Source: an uncultured Bacteroidales bacterium
GTDB taxonomy: Bacteria; Bacteroidota; Bacteroidia; Bacteroidales; JAADJA01
NCBI GenBank assembly: GCA_963749345.1
Contig: CAVVMO010000004.1
Location: 135,187-199,186, forward strand
Direction: 5' to 3'
DNA length: 64,000 bases
Made by a program: the position numbers and the translations under genes. How positions within the stretch are numbered: position 1 is the first letter of the stretch; every line of letters starts with the position of its first letter. Shown in pieces: positions 31,401-41,830 of this stretch. The notes below the pieces were generated by a model. The model was given only the letters and a program-made list of their open reading frames with translations, was not told where the DNA came from and searched no databases.

Positions 31401-33727
31401 CTAATGGGGCTGACAACAATACCTTTAATAATTGCCAATTTATTACAACGATGGATTCCCAGGATCCCGATTTTATACCGTTTGTGACTACAAATTTCCC
31501 CACTAATCCAGTAATATTTGATCAAGCAGCAAGTAACTTGACAGTCAGTAATTGTATTGCCAAGGGTGGTTATTATGGAATGATCATCAAGGGTTCAAAT
31601 AATGAAATTACAAATAACCAGATGAAAGACTTCTATAGTTATGGTTTATGGGTAGGTGGTTTTGGAAATTCTCTTATTTCTGGAAACATCCTTTCTCGTC
31701 CTGAACGCACAGAGGTAGCAACATCTATGATGTATCTGAAAGGTAACTTTAGCGGAACCTCAATTACCAAAAATAGACTGATCAAATTTGCACCTAATGC
31801 CAACACAACCTCGACATCCTATGGCATTTATGCAGAACAGGTTTATAATTATACTGAATTTCTTATCGCCAACAATGTTATTAGTGGATTTCAGAATATG
31901 GATGGTATCCAATATGGCATATACATGAATGGAACTATTCTTGGATTACCTGTGAATATAAAAATTTACCACAATTCTGTTTCCCTTGACAATGAAGATC
32001 ACCCTGGAGCAAGCAATATTTATGGGCTTTATTTCGCTGGACATTATAACACCCTGGACATACGCAACAATATCATTTCATATACTACAAACTCAACCGG
32101 GGCAAAATACTGTTTATATTTTAATTTTCATCCTGCTTCTAATCCTATTGTTACCTGCGATTACAATGTATTGCACCGGGGTGCGAAAGTCGGTACGGCA
32201 AACCGAACCGGCTTCTGGTCGAATTTTCCCTATGAAACTTTGCCGGATTGGAAAACAGCCTATGGCGGTATGTTTGACCAGAATAGTTTGCGTGTTAAAC
32301 CCATGTTTTTCGATCCGTCTTCAGGAAACCTGCAACCACAGAATCCAATTATTAACGATAAAGGAACGAATCTTATTTTAGTTGTTCCAGATGATATCAA
32401 TTATGTTTCAAGGCCACAGGGTGTTGCTCCTGATCCGGGCGCTTATGAATTTAGTACCATAGATCCCTGTGAATACTTTGATGACGGTTTACACAACTTT
32501 ATTACCTATAGTGATGATGGCGGCACGATAACTAATACAACCACCAATTTAGTTGTAGTACAGCCCGGTTCACAAGGCTATACAGGAGATCTGGGACTGG
32601 AGGTTACAGACATTTCCGGAGGGACTTTTGTTTATAACAGTTCAGGTGATTATTCTGGTAACTACAATACCAGTTCTAAGAAATGTCTTTGTTGGGACAT
32701 GAATGTGCTACAAAATAATGGCCAGTCATATTTTCCAAGCCTTCTTATTTACGGAGGGTTTGATCCCAGCATTCCAAGAAGTGCGACTAATCCCCAGTAT
32801 TTAGCAGAGTTTACTTCAAATAGTCTGACTGGTTTAAATGAATGGGTAAGAACCTGTGCCCCGATAAATAAAGCACCCTGGGCACCAATTGGTCCTCCTC
32901 CTGTCAGCAGTAGAGGAACATGGACATGGATTAATAATAATCCTTCTATAAATTGGGAAGCCTTTATCCAGGATATCGATGGTATTATGTTCCGGGTTGA
33001 TATTTTAGGTGGCGGTGGACAGGAGATATTCAGATTGGATAGCATATGCATGGGCTGCCGCAGATTAAAAATGAACTTCCTTGTTTGGTTAGGTGGTGTT
33101 CATTACCAGACCCAAGCAGAGTATGTTACACCACTTATTCAGCCATTTAATACTGAACCATGGAACTACGATGGGACTGAAGCTGTTCCATCCATTCCCC
33201 CAAATGTAGTTGATTGGGTTTTAATTGAATTACGGGATGCACCGGACGCTGCTTCTGCTGTTTCTGCTACCGCCATCGGGCGCAGAGCGGCATTTCTTAT
33301 GAGTGATAGTACTGTCAGAGATATTGAAGGAGATAGTTTACTCGAGTTTGATGCCTCATCTGTTGAGAATAACCTCTTTCTTATTGTCCGTCACCGGAAT
33401 CATATAGATATTATGAGCAGCTCAGGGCTTACATTGATGGATGGAATATATACCTATGATTTTACCGATGCCATGAGCAAAGTCTATGGCGGCAGTCTTG
33501 GTTATATGCAGATCAGTACATCTCCTCCCCGGTTTGGTATGGTTCCAGGAGATGGAAACGCAGACGGTACTGTTGACATAAATGACCTATACCCGATTTG
33601 GCATTATGATGCTGGAAAACAAGGTTACCTTCCTCCGGATTATAATCTGGACAACCAGGTTGATAACAGGGATAAAAATGATATGTGGTTACCCAGTCTG
33701 GGTAAAAGCAGTCAGGTTCCTCAATAA
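28496..33727 (+). CDS. Large secreted mosaic protein: two parallel beta-helix modules, FN3, a Cys-bounded jelly-roll-like domain and a C-terminal domain with dockerin-like Ca-binding repeats
   Basis: Signal peptide; N/S/T/G-rich xGIY..NN.I repeats ending in APDIGADEF and APDPGAYEF; FN3 (CPPPGNL..ADLSW..YDFYVQANC); C-terminal QPFNTEPWNY..VDWVLIELRD..GDGNADGTVDIND..DYNLDNQVDNRD. Confidence 0.85.
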   Translation: MKKTILFLIFCAIFSFSQAQPLTGIKTVGAGGDYPTLAAAITDLNTNGVGAGGVTFNITSGHTETFSSPTAGLITATGTASNPIIFQKSGAGANPLITAGTGTSTTTDGIIKIAGGDYITFDGVDLAENVVNINPTQQMEWGYALVKKQNTAPFDGCQNVTIKNCTITLNKTNTASVGIYSGNHIATSTTSLSITVTTDAMNNCKFFNNSIANVYSGIQLKGYAASAPYTLYDSNNEIGVDGANAITNYGGGASTSYGIYSIYQTVLKVANNLISGGTGTSTLYGIFISTGTSVDIYSNTVTITGGGTSSSLYGIRNNSGVSTFTCNIYGNNVTNCSYPTSTGGIFTGISNEGTPGTLNLYSNSVNNNTLPGDGNFTGISGGSPANLNMYDNTVYNNSKTGPGTLYCMRAGSSAISFHDNVIHSNTISTTGTVTAPGIIYGYYNSSNFTTESIVNNQIYGLTVSGSTTSSISTICGLYSNCTNGSSKMEWLNMIWNLSVTTAGSGTIYGMYSALGSTINIEQNNISNLSASGPSGFVIGIYLPSGTTANIYNNMVGDLHKPAANGSISLAGIRIDGGTTVNAYYNTVYLNSTSTGALFGSAALYASTTPTVTLRNNILVNTSTPSGSGITAAYRRSTISLTSYGSTSNNNCFYAGSPSATNVIFYDGASSYQTLANFQALVAPRDDVSVTEMPPFQSTISPMNLHISTTTPTWLESGGSLITGFDNDYDNDIRQGSPGYTGTGTAPDIGADEFEGQSAACPPPGNLIATNITSTSADLSWTPGGSETSWNIEWGPEGFTQGTGTLITGVTANPYTITGLTLCESYDFYVQANCGSAGNSGWAGPATFMTSLSGNYTINSAEPTGGTNFNSFTDLANAYNLCGLSGPTTVNVIGGNQKEVHTGPMHLTSPPTAEQLLILGNGNTLEYLSTDPNEPATLWLDGVDNVTIENLTVKALGEDSDGFGWAVWLSNGADNNTFNNCQFITTMDSQDPDFIPFVTTNFPTNPVIFDQAASNLTVSNCIAKGGYYGMIIKGSNNEITNNQMKDFYSYGLWVGGFGNSLISGNILSRPERTEVATSMMYLKGNFSGTSITKNRLIKFAPNANTTSTSYGIYAEQVYNYTEFLIANNVISGFQNMDGIQYGIYMNGTILGLPVNIKIYHNSVSLDNEDHPGASNIYGLYFAGHYNTLDIRNNIISYTTNSTGAKYCLYFNFHPASNPIVTCDYNVLHRGAKVGTANRTGFWSNFPYETLPDWKTAYGGMFDQNSLRVKPMFFDPSSGNLQPQNPIINDKGTNLILVVPDDINYVSRPQGVAPDPGAYEFSTIDPCEYFDDGLHNFITYSDDGGTITNTTTNLVVVQPGSQGYTGDLGLEVTDISGGTFVYNSSGDYSGNYNTSSKKCLCWDMNVLQNNGQSYFPSLLIYGGFDPSIPRSATNPQYLAEFTSNSLTGLNEWVRTCAPINKAPWAPIGPPPVSSRGTWTWINNNPSINWEAFIQDIDGIMFRVDILGGGGQEIFRLDSICMGCRRLKMNFLVWLGGVHYQTQAEYVTPLIQPFNTEPWNYDGTEAVPSIPPNVVDWVLIELRDAPDAASAVSATAIGRRAAFLMSDSTVRDIEGDSLLEFDASSVENNLFLIVRHRNHIDIMSSSGLTLMDGIYTYDFTDAMSKVYGGSLGYMQISTSPPRFGMVPGDGNADGTVDINDLYPIWHYDAGKQGYLPPDYNLDNQVDNRDKNDMWLPSLGKSSQVPQ

Positions 33728-33761
33728 CTGTCACCCTTTTATTAATTCAATCAGACCTAAA

Positions 33762-33801
33762 AAAAATTCTGGAAAGTCCGGTGGTACTTTCCAGAATTTT
33801 T
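33762..33801 (+). terminator. Intrinsic terminator after the 1743-aa gene
   Basis: AAAAATTCTGGAAAGT-loop-ACTTTCCAGAATTTTT, a 16-bp stem. Confidence 0.75.
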
Positions 33802-33890
33802 ACATTAGATACTTCATTAATTGATTGAATTTAGATGATTTCCATCAACAGTCGGACGGAATTACTATTTTCGTATCTTATTTCTTTATA

Positions 33891-36395
33891 ATGATCAGAT
33901 TGTACCGATATTTTATCTTCATCCTGCTTTCGGTCAGTTTCCTTTGTTGTAAAAAAGAAGGTGGTATACTGATAAAACCTCTTGCTGACTGGCAGTTCAG
34001 AAAATCAGGAGATTCGGAGTGGCTACCGGCAACGGTCCCGGGTTGTGTGCATACCGATATGCTCAACAATGGAAAAATTGGTGATCCTTACTTTGGGAAT
34101 AACGAGCAAAAACTTCAATGGATCGAAAAGGAAGACTGGGAATATATGTCCTCATTCGAATTAGATGAAAATATTTTAGGAAATCAACGGATCGATCTGG
34201 TTTTTGAAGGTTTGGATACCTATGCTGAAATTCTCTTGAACGGCTCGTCAATACTGGTTGCAGATAACATGTTCAGGGAATGGACAATCAATTGCAAACC
34301 ATACCTCATAGAAGGTGAAAACAAATTGCTGGTTAGGTTTACTTCTCCGGTTGTTATGGATTCGATCAATGCTGCAAAATTAAATTATCAGTTGCCTGAC
34401 AACAGAGGGTTTTCGCGCAAAGCGCCTTACCAATATGGATGGGATTGGGGGCCAAGGTTTGTAACCTCAGGTATTTGGAAACCAGTTTATTTGAGGGTGT
34501 GGAATGAAATCAGCATTTCGGATGTTTATGTATCAACCGTCGCAATTAAAGATGCAGAAGCCACCATCATGATTGAAGCTGAAATTGAAGCCACAGAAAA
34601 AAAATCAGCTGAAATGAGTATTCGGGTTAATGAAGTTAATCATTCTGAAAAAATTACACTACAGAAAGGATTAAATTCCTATAAAACAAAGTTATCGGTC
34701 CCGGGTCCAAAGCTTTGGTGGCCAAACGGAATGGGTGACCAACCCCTTTATCAGCTGAGTTTCCATGTTGAGTCATCCGTTACGGTTGATTCGCAAAATG
34801 TGATTTTCGGCATCAGGCAAATCGAATTGGTTCAGGAAAAGGATTCCATTGGAGAGTCGTTTTATTTCAAAATAAACGGAAAACCTTTTTTCGCTAAAGG
34901 CGCCAATTATATTCCACAAGATAATTTCCCGTCTAGTATTCCTGATGAAAAATACATCCAGACAATTCAAACTGCACTCGATGCAAGCATGAACATGCTT
35001 CGGGTTTGGGGTGGCGGGGTTTATGAAAAGGATATATTTTATGATCTGTGCGACCAAAATGGAATATTAGTCTGGCAGGATTTTATGTTCGCCTGCAACA
35101 TGTACCCCGGTGATTCAGTTTTTGTTGAAAATGTCCGGCAGGAAGCTATTTACCAGGTAAAACGTTTACGGAACCATCCTTCAATTGCATTGTGGTGTGG
35201 CAACAATGAGGTGGATGAAGGCTGGCACAACTGGGGCTGGCAGAAAGCACTGAATTATTCCGCATTCGATTCCACAGAGGTTTGGAATAATTACTTAAAA
35301 ATCTTTGAAAAAATTCTGCCGGAAGAAGTATCCATCTATTCCCCTTACACCTCCTATATCCCCTCTTCCCCGCAAAATGGCTGGGGGCGAAAGGAATCAC
35401 TCACACATGGCGACATGCATTACTGGGGCGTCTGGTGGGGAGCTGAACCTTTTGAAATTTATGAGGAGAAGATCGGGCGGTTCACGAGTGAATATGGTTT
35501 CCAGGGATTTCCTGATTTAAAGACACTGGATTCCTGCCTGCTTCCTGAGGACGGAAACCTTTTGTCGCCTGCACTGCTGAATCATCAGAAGCATCCGCGA
35601 GGTATGGAATTGATACAAACCTACATGGCAAGAGATTTCAAAGTCCCGGCAAAACTTGAAGACTATGCTTATGTTAGTCAGCTGGTTCAGGCTTATGGAA
35701 TTAAAAAAGCCATTGAAGCTCACCGAAGGGCTATGCCGCGATGCATGGGAACGCTTTACTGGCAACTGAACGATTGCTGGCCGGTGATCTCATGGAGTAG
35801 CGTGGATTATTACAACCGGTGGAAGGCGTTGCATTATTTTGTCCGACAAGCATACCAGGATGTGATCATTTCATTTGAAAAAAATAATGATCTGGTTGAG
35901 GTTTATCTCGTTTCTGACATGCAGGAAAACTTTCCCGCGACCTTAAATTTGAAAATAATGGATTTCAGCGGAAATATCAAATGGCAAACTGAAAATCAAT
36001 TTGATGTAGTAAGCCAGGTTTCTAAAATTTATTCAAATGCAGATTACGGGGGAATTTCCGGTGAGAATCATTTGTTGGTTGCACGACTAATGAAGGGGGA
36101 TTCGATCATCGCAGAAAACTTATATTATTCTCTTCCTGCTAAAGATCTTAATTTGCCGGAGTCTAAGATTTCAAGGACAATTACAAAGACAAATTCCGGA
36201 TTTCTTATCGAATTAGCTTCAGACAAACTTGCCAAAAACGTTCACCTGTCTATGGAGCAGGAGGGCTTTTTCAGTGATAATTATTTTGATTTGCTTCCCA
36301 GAGAAACCAAAAAAATATTTTGCCGGTCAAGCCTTGATTTGGAGTCATTTGAGAAGAATTTAAAAATTACAACCCTTCAAAGTATTTACAAATGA
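33891..36395 (+). CDS. GH2 beta-mannosidase-like enzyme, probable lipoprotein
   Basis: RKAPYQYGWDWGPR, KGANYIP, NMLRVWGGG, WQDFMFAC, WCGNNE, SEYGFQG, YWQLNDCWP. Start set at ATG 33891 (MIRLYRYFIFILLSVSFLCCKKE). Confidence 0.9.
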   Translation: MIRLYRYFIFILLSVSFLCCKKEGGILIKPLADWQFRKSGDSEWLPATVPGCVHTDMLNNGKIGDPYFGNNEQKLQWIEKEDWEYMSSFELDENILGNQRIDLVFEGLDTYAEILLNGSSILVADNMFREWTINCKPYLIEGENKLLVRFTSPVVMDSINAAKLNYQLPDNRGFSRKAPYQYGWDWGPRFVTSGIWKPVYLRVWNEISISDVYVSTVAIKDAEATIMIEAEIEATEKKSAEMSIRVNEVNHSEKITLQKGLNSYKTKLSVPGPKLWWPNGMGDQPLYQLSFHVESSVTVDSQNVIFGIRQIELVQEKDSIGESFYFKINGKPFFAKGANYIPQDNFPSSIPDEKYIQTIQTALDASMNMLRVWGGGVYEKDIFYDLCDQNGILVWQDFMFACNMYPGDSVFVENVRQEAIYQVKRLRNHPSIALWCGNNEVDEGWHNWGWQKALNYSAFDSTEVWNNYLKIFEKILPEEVSIYSPYTSYIPSSPQNGWGRKESLTHGDMHYWGVWWGAEPFEIYEEKIGRFTSEYGFQGFPDLKTLDSCLLPEDGNLLSPALLNHQKHPRGMELIQTYMARDFKVPAKLEDYAYVSQLVQAYGIKKAIEAHRRAMPRCMGTLYWQLNDCWPVISWSSVDYYNRWKALHYFVRQAYQDVIISFEKNNDLVEVYLVSDMQENFPATLNLKIMDFSGNIKWQTENQFDVVSQVSKIYSNADYGGISGENHLLVARLMKGDSIIAENLYYSLPAKDLNLPESKISRTITKTNSGFLIELASDKLAKNVHLSMEQEGFFSDNYFDLLPRETKKIFCRSSLDLESFEKNLKITTLQSIYK

Positions 36396-37264
36396 GAAAG
36401 AAGGTACTGTTCCTGCTGTTATTATTATCACTTTCAGGTTTGAGCTTTGGACAAAATTCAATTTATAAAGTCATGACCTACAACATCTGGTATGCTAAAC
36501 AAGATGCAGGTGAAAATATCTGGGAAAATCGCCGTGATGGAGTTGCTAAAGCAGTTCTTGATCAGAAAGCGGATATTGTTGGGATGCAGGAGGTATTATT
36601 CCGGCAGTTGACTGACCTGGAGAATTTATTGCCGGGTTATAAGTGGGTTGGAGTTGGCAGGGATGACGGAAAACAGGGTGGTGAATTTGCTCCCATTTTT
36701 TTCCATCAAGAACGCTTTGGTCTGGTTCAGTCAGGAAATTTTTGGCTTTCAGAAATACCAGATTCTGCCGGTAGCCTGGGATGGGATGCCATGTGTATCA
36801 GGATTGTAACCTGGGTTCAACTCAAAGATAAAAAAACGGATATGGAATTTTTTGTTTTTAACACACATTTTGACCACGAAGGTGAAACTGCCCGCCAGGA
36901 AAGCGCTAAGTTACTTGTGAAAAAAATCTCTCAAATTGCAGGAAATTTTCCGGTTGTTTTGACAGGAGATTTTAACTGTAGGAAAGATTCTCAAACTTAC
37001 AATTTACTCGTGAAATCCTTTGATGGATTGGAGATGGCTGACTGCAGGTATTCAACAAATGAGAAAACATCAGGTCCTGATTATTCCTTCGTTGGATCGG
37101 AATTTTCAGGACAGCCGGGAAATATCATCGATCATATTTTTGTTTCAGATAATATAACGGTACATAATTCTAAAATTATTGAATATTGCAAGAAAGGAAA
37201 ATGTCCTTCCGACCATTTGCCTGTGATATCAATCATTGAATTACCAGCAGATTCAAAACAATAA
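36392..37264 (+). CDS. Secreted endonuclease/exonuclease/phosphatase (EEP) family protein
   Basis: MTYNI, GMQE, NTHFDH, TGDFN, IDHIF, PSDHLPV; ATGA overlap with the GH2 gene. Confidence 0.9.
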   Translation: MRKKVLFLLLLLSLSGLSFGQNSIYKVMTYNIWYAKQDAGENIWENRRDGVAKAVLDQKADIVGMQEVLFRQLTDLENLLPGYKWVGVGRDDGKQGGEFAPIFFHQERFGLVQSGNFWLSEIPDSAGSLGWDAMCIRIVTWVQLKDKKTDMEFFVFNTHFDHEGETARQESAKLLVKKISQIAGNFPVVLTGDFNCRKDSQTYNLLVKSFDGLEMADCRYSTNEKTSGPDYSFVGSEFSGQPGNIIDHIFVSDNITVHNSKIIEYCKKGKCPSDHLPVISIIELPADSKQ

Positions 37265-37268
37265 ATGC

Positions 37269-37757
37269 GTGATAGCAATTGACAAATTAACTGGATTAGC
37301 AAAAAAGAAGGAAAACGAGAACAGGAAATTCTTTTCACGATTGAAAACAAGGGTTCCAAAAGACCTTGATGCAACGGTTCACCATCTGCATGATGAAGTT
37401 TTTTCCGAAATCAATTGTCTTGACTGTGCCAATTGCTGCAAACATCTCGGGCCTCGGTTAGTCAAAAGAGACATTGAACGACTTTCAAAGTTTTTAAAGC
37501 TGAAAAAGGAAAGTTTCATTAACACCTTCATTAAAATTGACGAAGATGGTGATTTCGTTTTTCAAAATATGCCTTGCCCCTTTCTATTACCTGATAATTA
37601 TTGCTCAGTCTATGATGTCCGGCCAAAAGCCTGTGCTGAATATCCGCATACCAACCGGAGAAAATTTTATCAGTTGCTCAACCTGACCCTAAAAAACACC
37701 TTTACCTGCCCGGCAGTTTATGAAATAGTGGAGAATCTGAAAGTTAAATATCCCTGA
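37269..37757 (+). CDS. YkgJ-family cysteine-cluster protein
   Basis: CLDCANCC, PCPFL, YCSVYDVRPKACAEYP, CPAV; start uncertain (GTG 37269). Confidence 0.85.
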   Translation: MIAIDKLTGLAKKKENENRKFFSRLKTRVPKDLDATVHHLHDEVFSEINCLDCANCCKHLGPRLVKRDIERLSKFLKLKKESFINTFIKIDEDGDFVFQNMPCPFLLPDNYCSVYDVRPKACAEYPHTNRRKFYQLLNLTLKNTFTCPAVYEIVENLKVKYP

Positions 37758-37829
37758 TTCTAAGTTTTCCTCAATAGAGTTTTTTCGAACAATGAACCTT
37801 ATAAAGTGTTTACCCTAAAAGCATTTTTA

Positions 37830-39860
37830 ATGAACGAAAAATTATTTCAATATACCAACCAGCTGATTAATGAATCCAGCCTTTATTTGTTACAGCATGC
37901 TTACAATCCTGTCAACTGGCATGCCTGGAACGAAGAAACACTTGCTAAGGCTAAAAAAGAAAACAAGATGATTCTTGTCTCAATTGGATATTCAGCCTGC
38001 CACTGGTGTCATGTAATGGAACACGAATCCTTTGAAGATGAAGGGGTAGCTGAATTGATGAATAGAAACTTCATCTGTATCAAAGTTGACCGTGAGGAGC
38101 GCCCGGATGTTGACCAGATTTATATGGATGCAATTCATATCATTGGAGGAAGAGGTGGCTGGCCGTTGAACTGTTTCGCTTTGCCTGATGGCAGGCCTTT
38201 CTGGGGTTGGACTTATTTACCAAAGAAACAATGGATTGGAATCTTAAATAATGTAGTTCATCTTTATAACTCCCAAAAACTTAAGTTGGAACAGCAGGCA
38301 GCAGATGTGACCGAAGGAATCAGAAGAAATGAACTGTTGGTTCCTGAACAAGAGGATAATGCCATCGATAAAGAGTTGCTTGATGAAATGGTGCAAAACT
38401 TTTCTACCCATTTCGACAACAAAGAAGGTGGGAGTAATGGATCGCCGAAGTTTCCCATGCCCAATAATTACCTATATTTATTGAGGTATTATTCTCTGAC
38501 GAAAAAGCTTGAAATCCTGGATCATGTTGAACTAACATTGCATAAAATGGCAAGTGGCGGAATTTATGATCAGGTTGGTGGTGGTTTTTCACGCTATTCC
38601 GTTGATGATCACTGGCATATTCCTCATTTTGAAAAAATGCTTTACGATAATGCCCAGCTTGTATCGCTTTACTCAGAAACTTACCGGTTAACAAAAAAGG
38701 AATTCTATAAACAAGTTATAATAGAGACTCTTGAATTTATTCAGTGGGAAATGACCAGTCATGAAGGTGCGTTCTATTCTGCGTTGGATGCCGACAGCGA
38801 GGGGGAGGAGGGTAAATTTTATGTCTGGGAAAAGGGTGAAATTAACAACATACCTGGGCAAGATGCTGAAATTGTTTTAGAATATTTTGGTATTGACCGG
38901 AATGCTCAATGGGAAGATAGTAAAAATGTCCTGATCAAGTCGGTGACATTACCCCAGCTCTCAGAAAAATATAAAAAACCGTTAATTGAAATTACTGAAA
39001 TTATTTCGAATAGTAGAAAGATACTCCTTGAAAAACGATCCGAAAGAGTGCGACCAGGACTTGATGATAAGACGCTCACATCCTGGAATGCATTAATGCT
39101 GAAGGGTTATGTGGATGCTTACAAGGCATTGGGATCAAAAGAATATCTTGATGCTGCTGAAAAGAATGCCTCTTTTATTATAAGCAATTTGAAAAAACCG
39201 GATGGAGGCTTATTTCATAATTATAAAAACGGCAATTCAACCATAAACGGATTCCTTGAGGACTATGCCTTTGTGATTGATGCATTTATTTCACTTTACC
39301 AGGCTACATTTGATTTAGTTTGGCTCACTAACGCGATAGACTTGCTGGACTATACCATCACGCACTTTTATAACAGCGAGGCTGGAATGTTTTATTTTAC
39401 ATCCGATGAAAACACTGACCTTATAACAAGAAAATTTGAAATCACCGATAATGTGATTCCTGCGTCGAATTCTTCATTAGCGAATTCACTGTTTCAGTTG
39501 AGCCAATACTATGAAAATCATGAATACCAGAGGGTATCGGAGAAGATGCTTTCTATGGTGAAAGATAAAATGATGAAGTATCCATCGGCTTTTACTAACT
39601 GGGGTATCCTGGCATTAAATCTTGTTAATCAATTCCATACAATTGTAATCTGCGGTGATCAGGCTTTAAAGTTAGCCAGGCAATTCGATCGGCATTACCT
39701 CCCTGGTGTTTTGATTGCTGCCAGTGATTTGGAATCTGATCTGCCCATATTCCAAAACCGGTTCTTAAAGGATAAAACGCTAATCTATGTTTGCTCGGAA
39801 TCTGGCTGCCAGATGCCGGTTGAAACAATTGAGGATGCAATGAAGCTGATTGACAGATAA
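37830..39860 (+). CDS. YyaL/DUF255-type thioredoxin-domain protein with an (alpha/alpha)6 barrel
   Basis: [54 protein letters not shown]. Confidence 0.92.
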   Translation: MNEKLFQYTNQLINESSLYLLQHAYNPVNWHAWNEETLAKAKKENKMILVSIGYSACHWCHVMEHESFEDEGVAELMNRNFICIKVDREERPDVDQIYMDAIHIIGGRGGWPLNCFALPDGRPFWGWTYLPKKQWIGILNNVVHLYNSQKLKLEQQAADVTEGIRRNELLVPEQEDNAIDKELLDEMVQNFSTHFDNKEGGSNGSPKFPMPNNYLYLLRYYSLTKKLEILDHVELTLHKMASGGIYDQVGGGFSRYSVDDHWHIPHFEKMLYDNAQLVSLYSETYRLTKKEFYKQVIIETLEFIQWEMTSHEGAFYSALDADSEGEEGKFYVWEKGEINNIPGQDAEIVLEYFGIDRNAQWEDSKNVLIKSVTLPQLSEKYKKPLIEITEIISNSRKILLEKRSERVRPGLDDKTLTSWNALMLKGYVDAYKALGSKEYLDAAEKNASFIISNLKKPDGGLFHNYKNGNSTINGFLEDYAFVIDAFISLYQATFDLVWLTNAIDLLDYTITHFYNSEAGMFYFTSDENTDLITRKFEITDNVIPASNSSLANSLFQLSQYYENHEYQRVSEKMLSMVKDKMMKYPSAFTNWGILALNLVNQFHTIVICGDQALKLARQFDRHYLPGVLIAASDLESDLPIFQNRFLKDKTLIYVCSESGCQMPVETIEDAMKLIDR

Positions 39861-39998
39861 ATATTTGTTTCCAACGTTTATACTCGCCTCCTATTGAGTC
39901 AGAATAATTAATTCATAAAAGAAAATTCCGATTTACCTCTACTGGAATAAACAAGTTCTGCCATCTGTTGTTAGTTACTCTTAAATAAATCAATCTAG

Positions 39999-40649
39999 AT
40001 GAAAACAAAAATTGGAATTTTAGGATCAGGAGTCGTTGGCCAGGTTTTGGCTGACGGGTTCCTAAAGTATGGCTATGATGTAAAGATCGGTTTACGGGAT
40101 ATTTCAAAATTAAAAGAATGGAAAAGTAAAGCCGGTGCAAAAGGAAGCGCAGGCAGTTTTTCAGAAGCGGCATTGTTTGGAGAAATCATTGTCCTCGCAG
40201 TTAAAGGTGGAGCAGTTATGGAGGCTCTGAAGCTTGCCGGTGAAAATAATCTGAACGGTAAAACCCTTATTGATGCAACCAATCCGATTGACGATAAAGC
40301 CCCGGAAAATGGTGTTTTAAGGTTTTTCACTAACCTTGATGAATCTCTGATGGAACAATTGCAAAAGGCTTTTCCCAAAGCGAAATTTGTAAAAGCGTTT
40401 AATAGTGTTGGAAATCCGATGATGGTGAACCCTGATTATAAAGGGATCAAACCCTCCATGTTTATCTGCGGAAATGATGAATCTACTAAAGGTGAAGTCA
40501 AACACATACTTGACCAGTTTGGCTGGGAAACGGAAGATATGGGGAAAGCAGAAGCTGCCAGGGCAATCGAGCCTCTTTGCATGTTGTGGTGCATTCCGGG
40601 TTTTCTCAGGAATGAATGGACACATGCCTTTAAATTGTTAAAAATGTAA
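39999..40649 (+). CDS. NADPH-dependent F420-reductase-like (FNO family) oxidoreductase
   Basis: GILGSGVVG, IVLAV, IDATNP, VKAFN, FICGND, ARAIEPL. Confidence 0.85.
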   Translation: MKTKIGILGSGVVGQVLADGFLKYGYDVKIGLRDISKLKEWKSKAGAKGSAGSFSEAALFGEIIVLAVKGGAVMEALKLAGENNLNGKTLIDATNPIDDKAPENGVLRFFTNLDESLMEQLQKAFPKAKFVKAFNSVGNPMMVNPDYKGIKPSMFICGNDESTKGEVKHILDQFGWETEDMGKAEAARAIEPLCMLWCIPGFLRNEWTHAFKLLKM

Positions 40650-40675
40650 TTTACTAATTTTAAAACTATTCAAAT

Positions 40676-41590
40676 ATGAAAACTTATGCAATTATTGGAG
40701 CTACCGGTAATACCGGCAAGCCTATTACCCTCGGATTACTTGGACAGGGACAGAAGGTCAGATTGATCAGCCGCAGTGCTGCAAAAGCAAAAGCGTTGGT
40801 AAACAGCGCATCACCAGCACCTTCGAATAACCCACCGGAAATATTTGAAGGGGATTCTTCAAATACTGAACTGTTGAAAAAAGCATTTAAAGGCGCTGAT
40901 GCCGTTTACGCGATGGTACCGTTCAATCCTCTTGCACCGGATTATTTTGCTTTTCAGCAAAGTCATATAAATGCAATGGCTGAAGCATTACGGGAAACCG
41001 GAGTTAAATATGTAGTAACGTTAAGTAGCGTTGGAGCACATTTAAAGTCGGGAGCCGGCGTAGTGCAAGGGCTTCAGAAAATGGAAGAGGTGTTCAATTC
41101 AATACCTGGTTTAAATGTTATGCACCTTCGGGCAACTTATTTTATGGAAAACACGCTTGCACAAATTGGAGCCATCAAACAAATGGGCGCAATGGGTTCG
41201 CCTGTAAAAGCGGATATGTCTTTCCCGATTGTAGCGACCAAAGACATTGCGGCTGTGGCTTTGAAGCATTTACAGACACTTAATTTCACCGGCAAAAACG
41301 TTGAATATGTTTTAGGCCCAAGAGATGTTACTTACAATGAAATAGCTTCGGTTATTGGAAAAGCCATAGGTAAACCAGACTTGAAGTATTATGCTGTAAC
41401 CTACGAAGAAGGCACTAAGGCAATGATTCAAATGGGAATGGGAGAAAGTGTTGTAAACCGCATGATGGAGTTTATCAAAGCGATGAATGAGGGAAAAGTG
41501 ATGGAGGAAACCAAACGAACTCCGGGCAATACAACACCTACTACCCTGGAAGAATTTGCCCATACTTTTAAGGCTGTTTACGAAATGTAA
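40676..41590 (+). CDS. NmrA-like NAD(P)-binding protein
   Basis: IIGATGNTG, LSSVGAH, LRATYFMEN, VATKDIA, TTPTTLEEFA. Confidence 0.85.
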   Translation: MKTYAIIGATGNTGKPITLGLLGQGQKVRLISRSAAKAKALVNSASPAPSNNPPEIFEGDSSNTELLKKAFKGADAVYAMVPFNPLAPDYFAFQQSHINAMAEALRETGVKYVVTLSSVGAHLKSGAGVVQGLQKMEEVFNSIPGLNVMHLRATYFMENTLAQIGAIKQMGAMGSPVKADMSFPIVATKDIAAVALKHLQTLNFTGKNVEYVLGPRDVTYNEIASVIGKAIGKPDLKYYAVTYEEGTKAMIQMGMGESVVNRMMEFIKAMNEGKVMEETKRTPGNTTPTTLEEFAHTFKAVYEM

Positions 41591-41617
41591 ATATAAGCTG
41601 ACAAGGATATTTTGATA

Positions 41618-41722
41618 AGAGGCTGCTATAAAAATTTAATAAAATGATTTATTTTGCTGGATTTGAATTAAGTCCAACTTTATTAGAACTTAAATTCCTA
41701 TTAACTTTTTATCGCAGCTTCT
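41618..41722. repeat. Imperfect 24-bp inverted repeat pair (MITE- or terminator-like)
   Basis: AGAGGCTGCTATAAAAATTTAATA (41618-41641) against the reverse complement of 41699-41722, AGAAGCTGCGATAAAAAGTTAATA: 21 of 24 match. Confidence 0.6.
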
Positions 41723-41830
41723 CTATTTTTATCTAATAGGTTTGCTGTTTTCAAGAAAAAAATGAAACTTTTTATACACATTGATTAGATTTTTTCAAAA
41801 AGTCAAAGGTATAAAATGGTTGAAGGATAA

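Noticed and set aside
39999-40649. Evidence for coenzyme F420 metabolism
   Set aside because: This dinucleotide-binding family is widespread in organisms without F420, and no cof/fbi genes are in the window.
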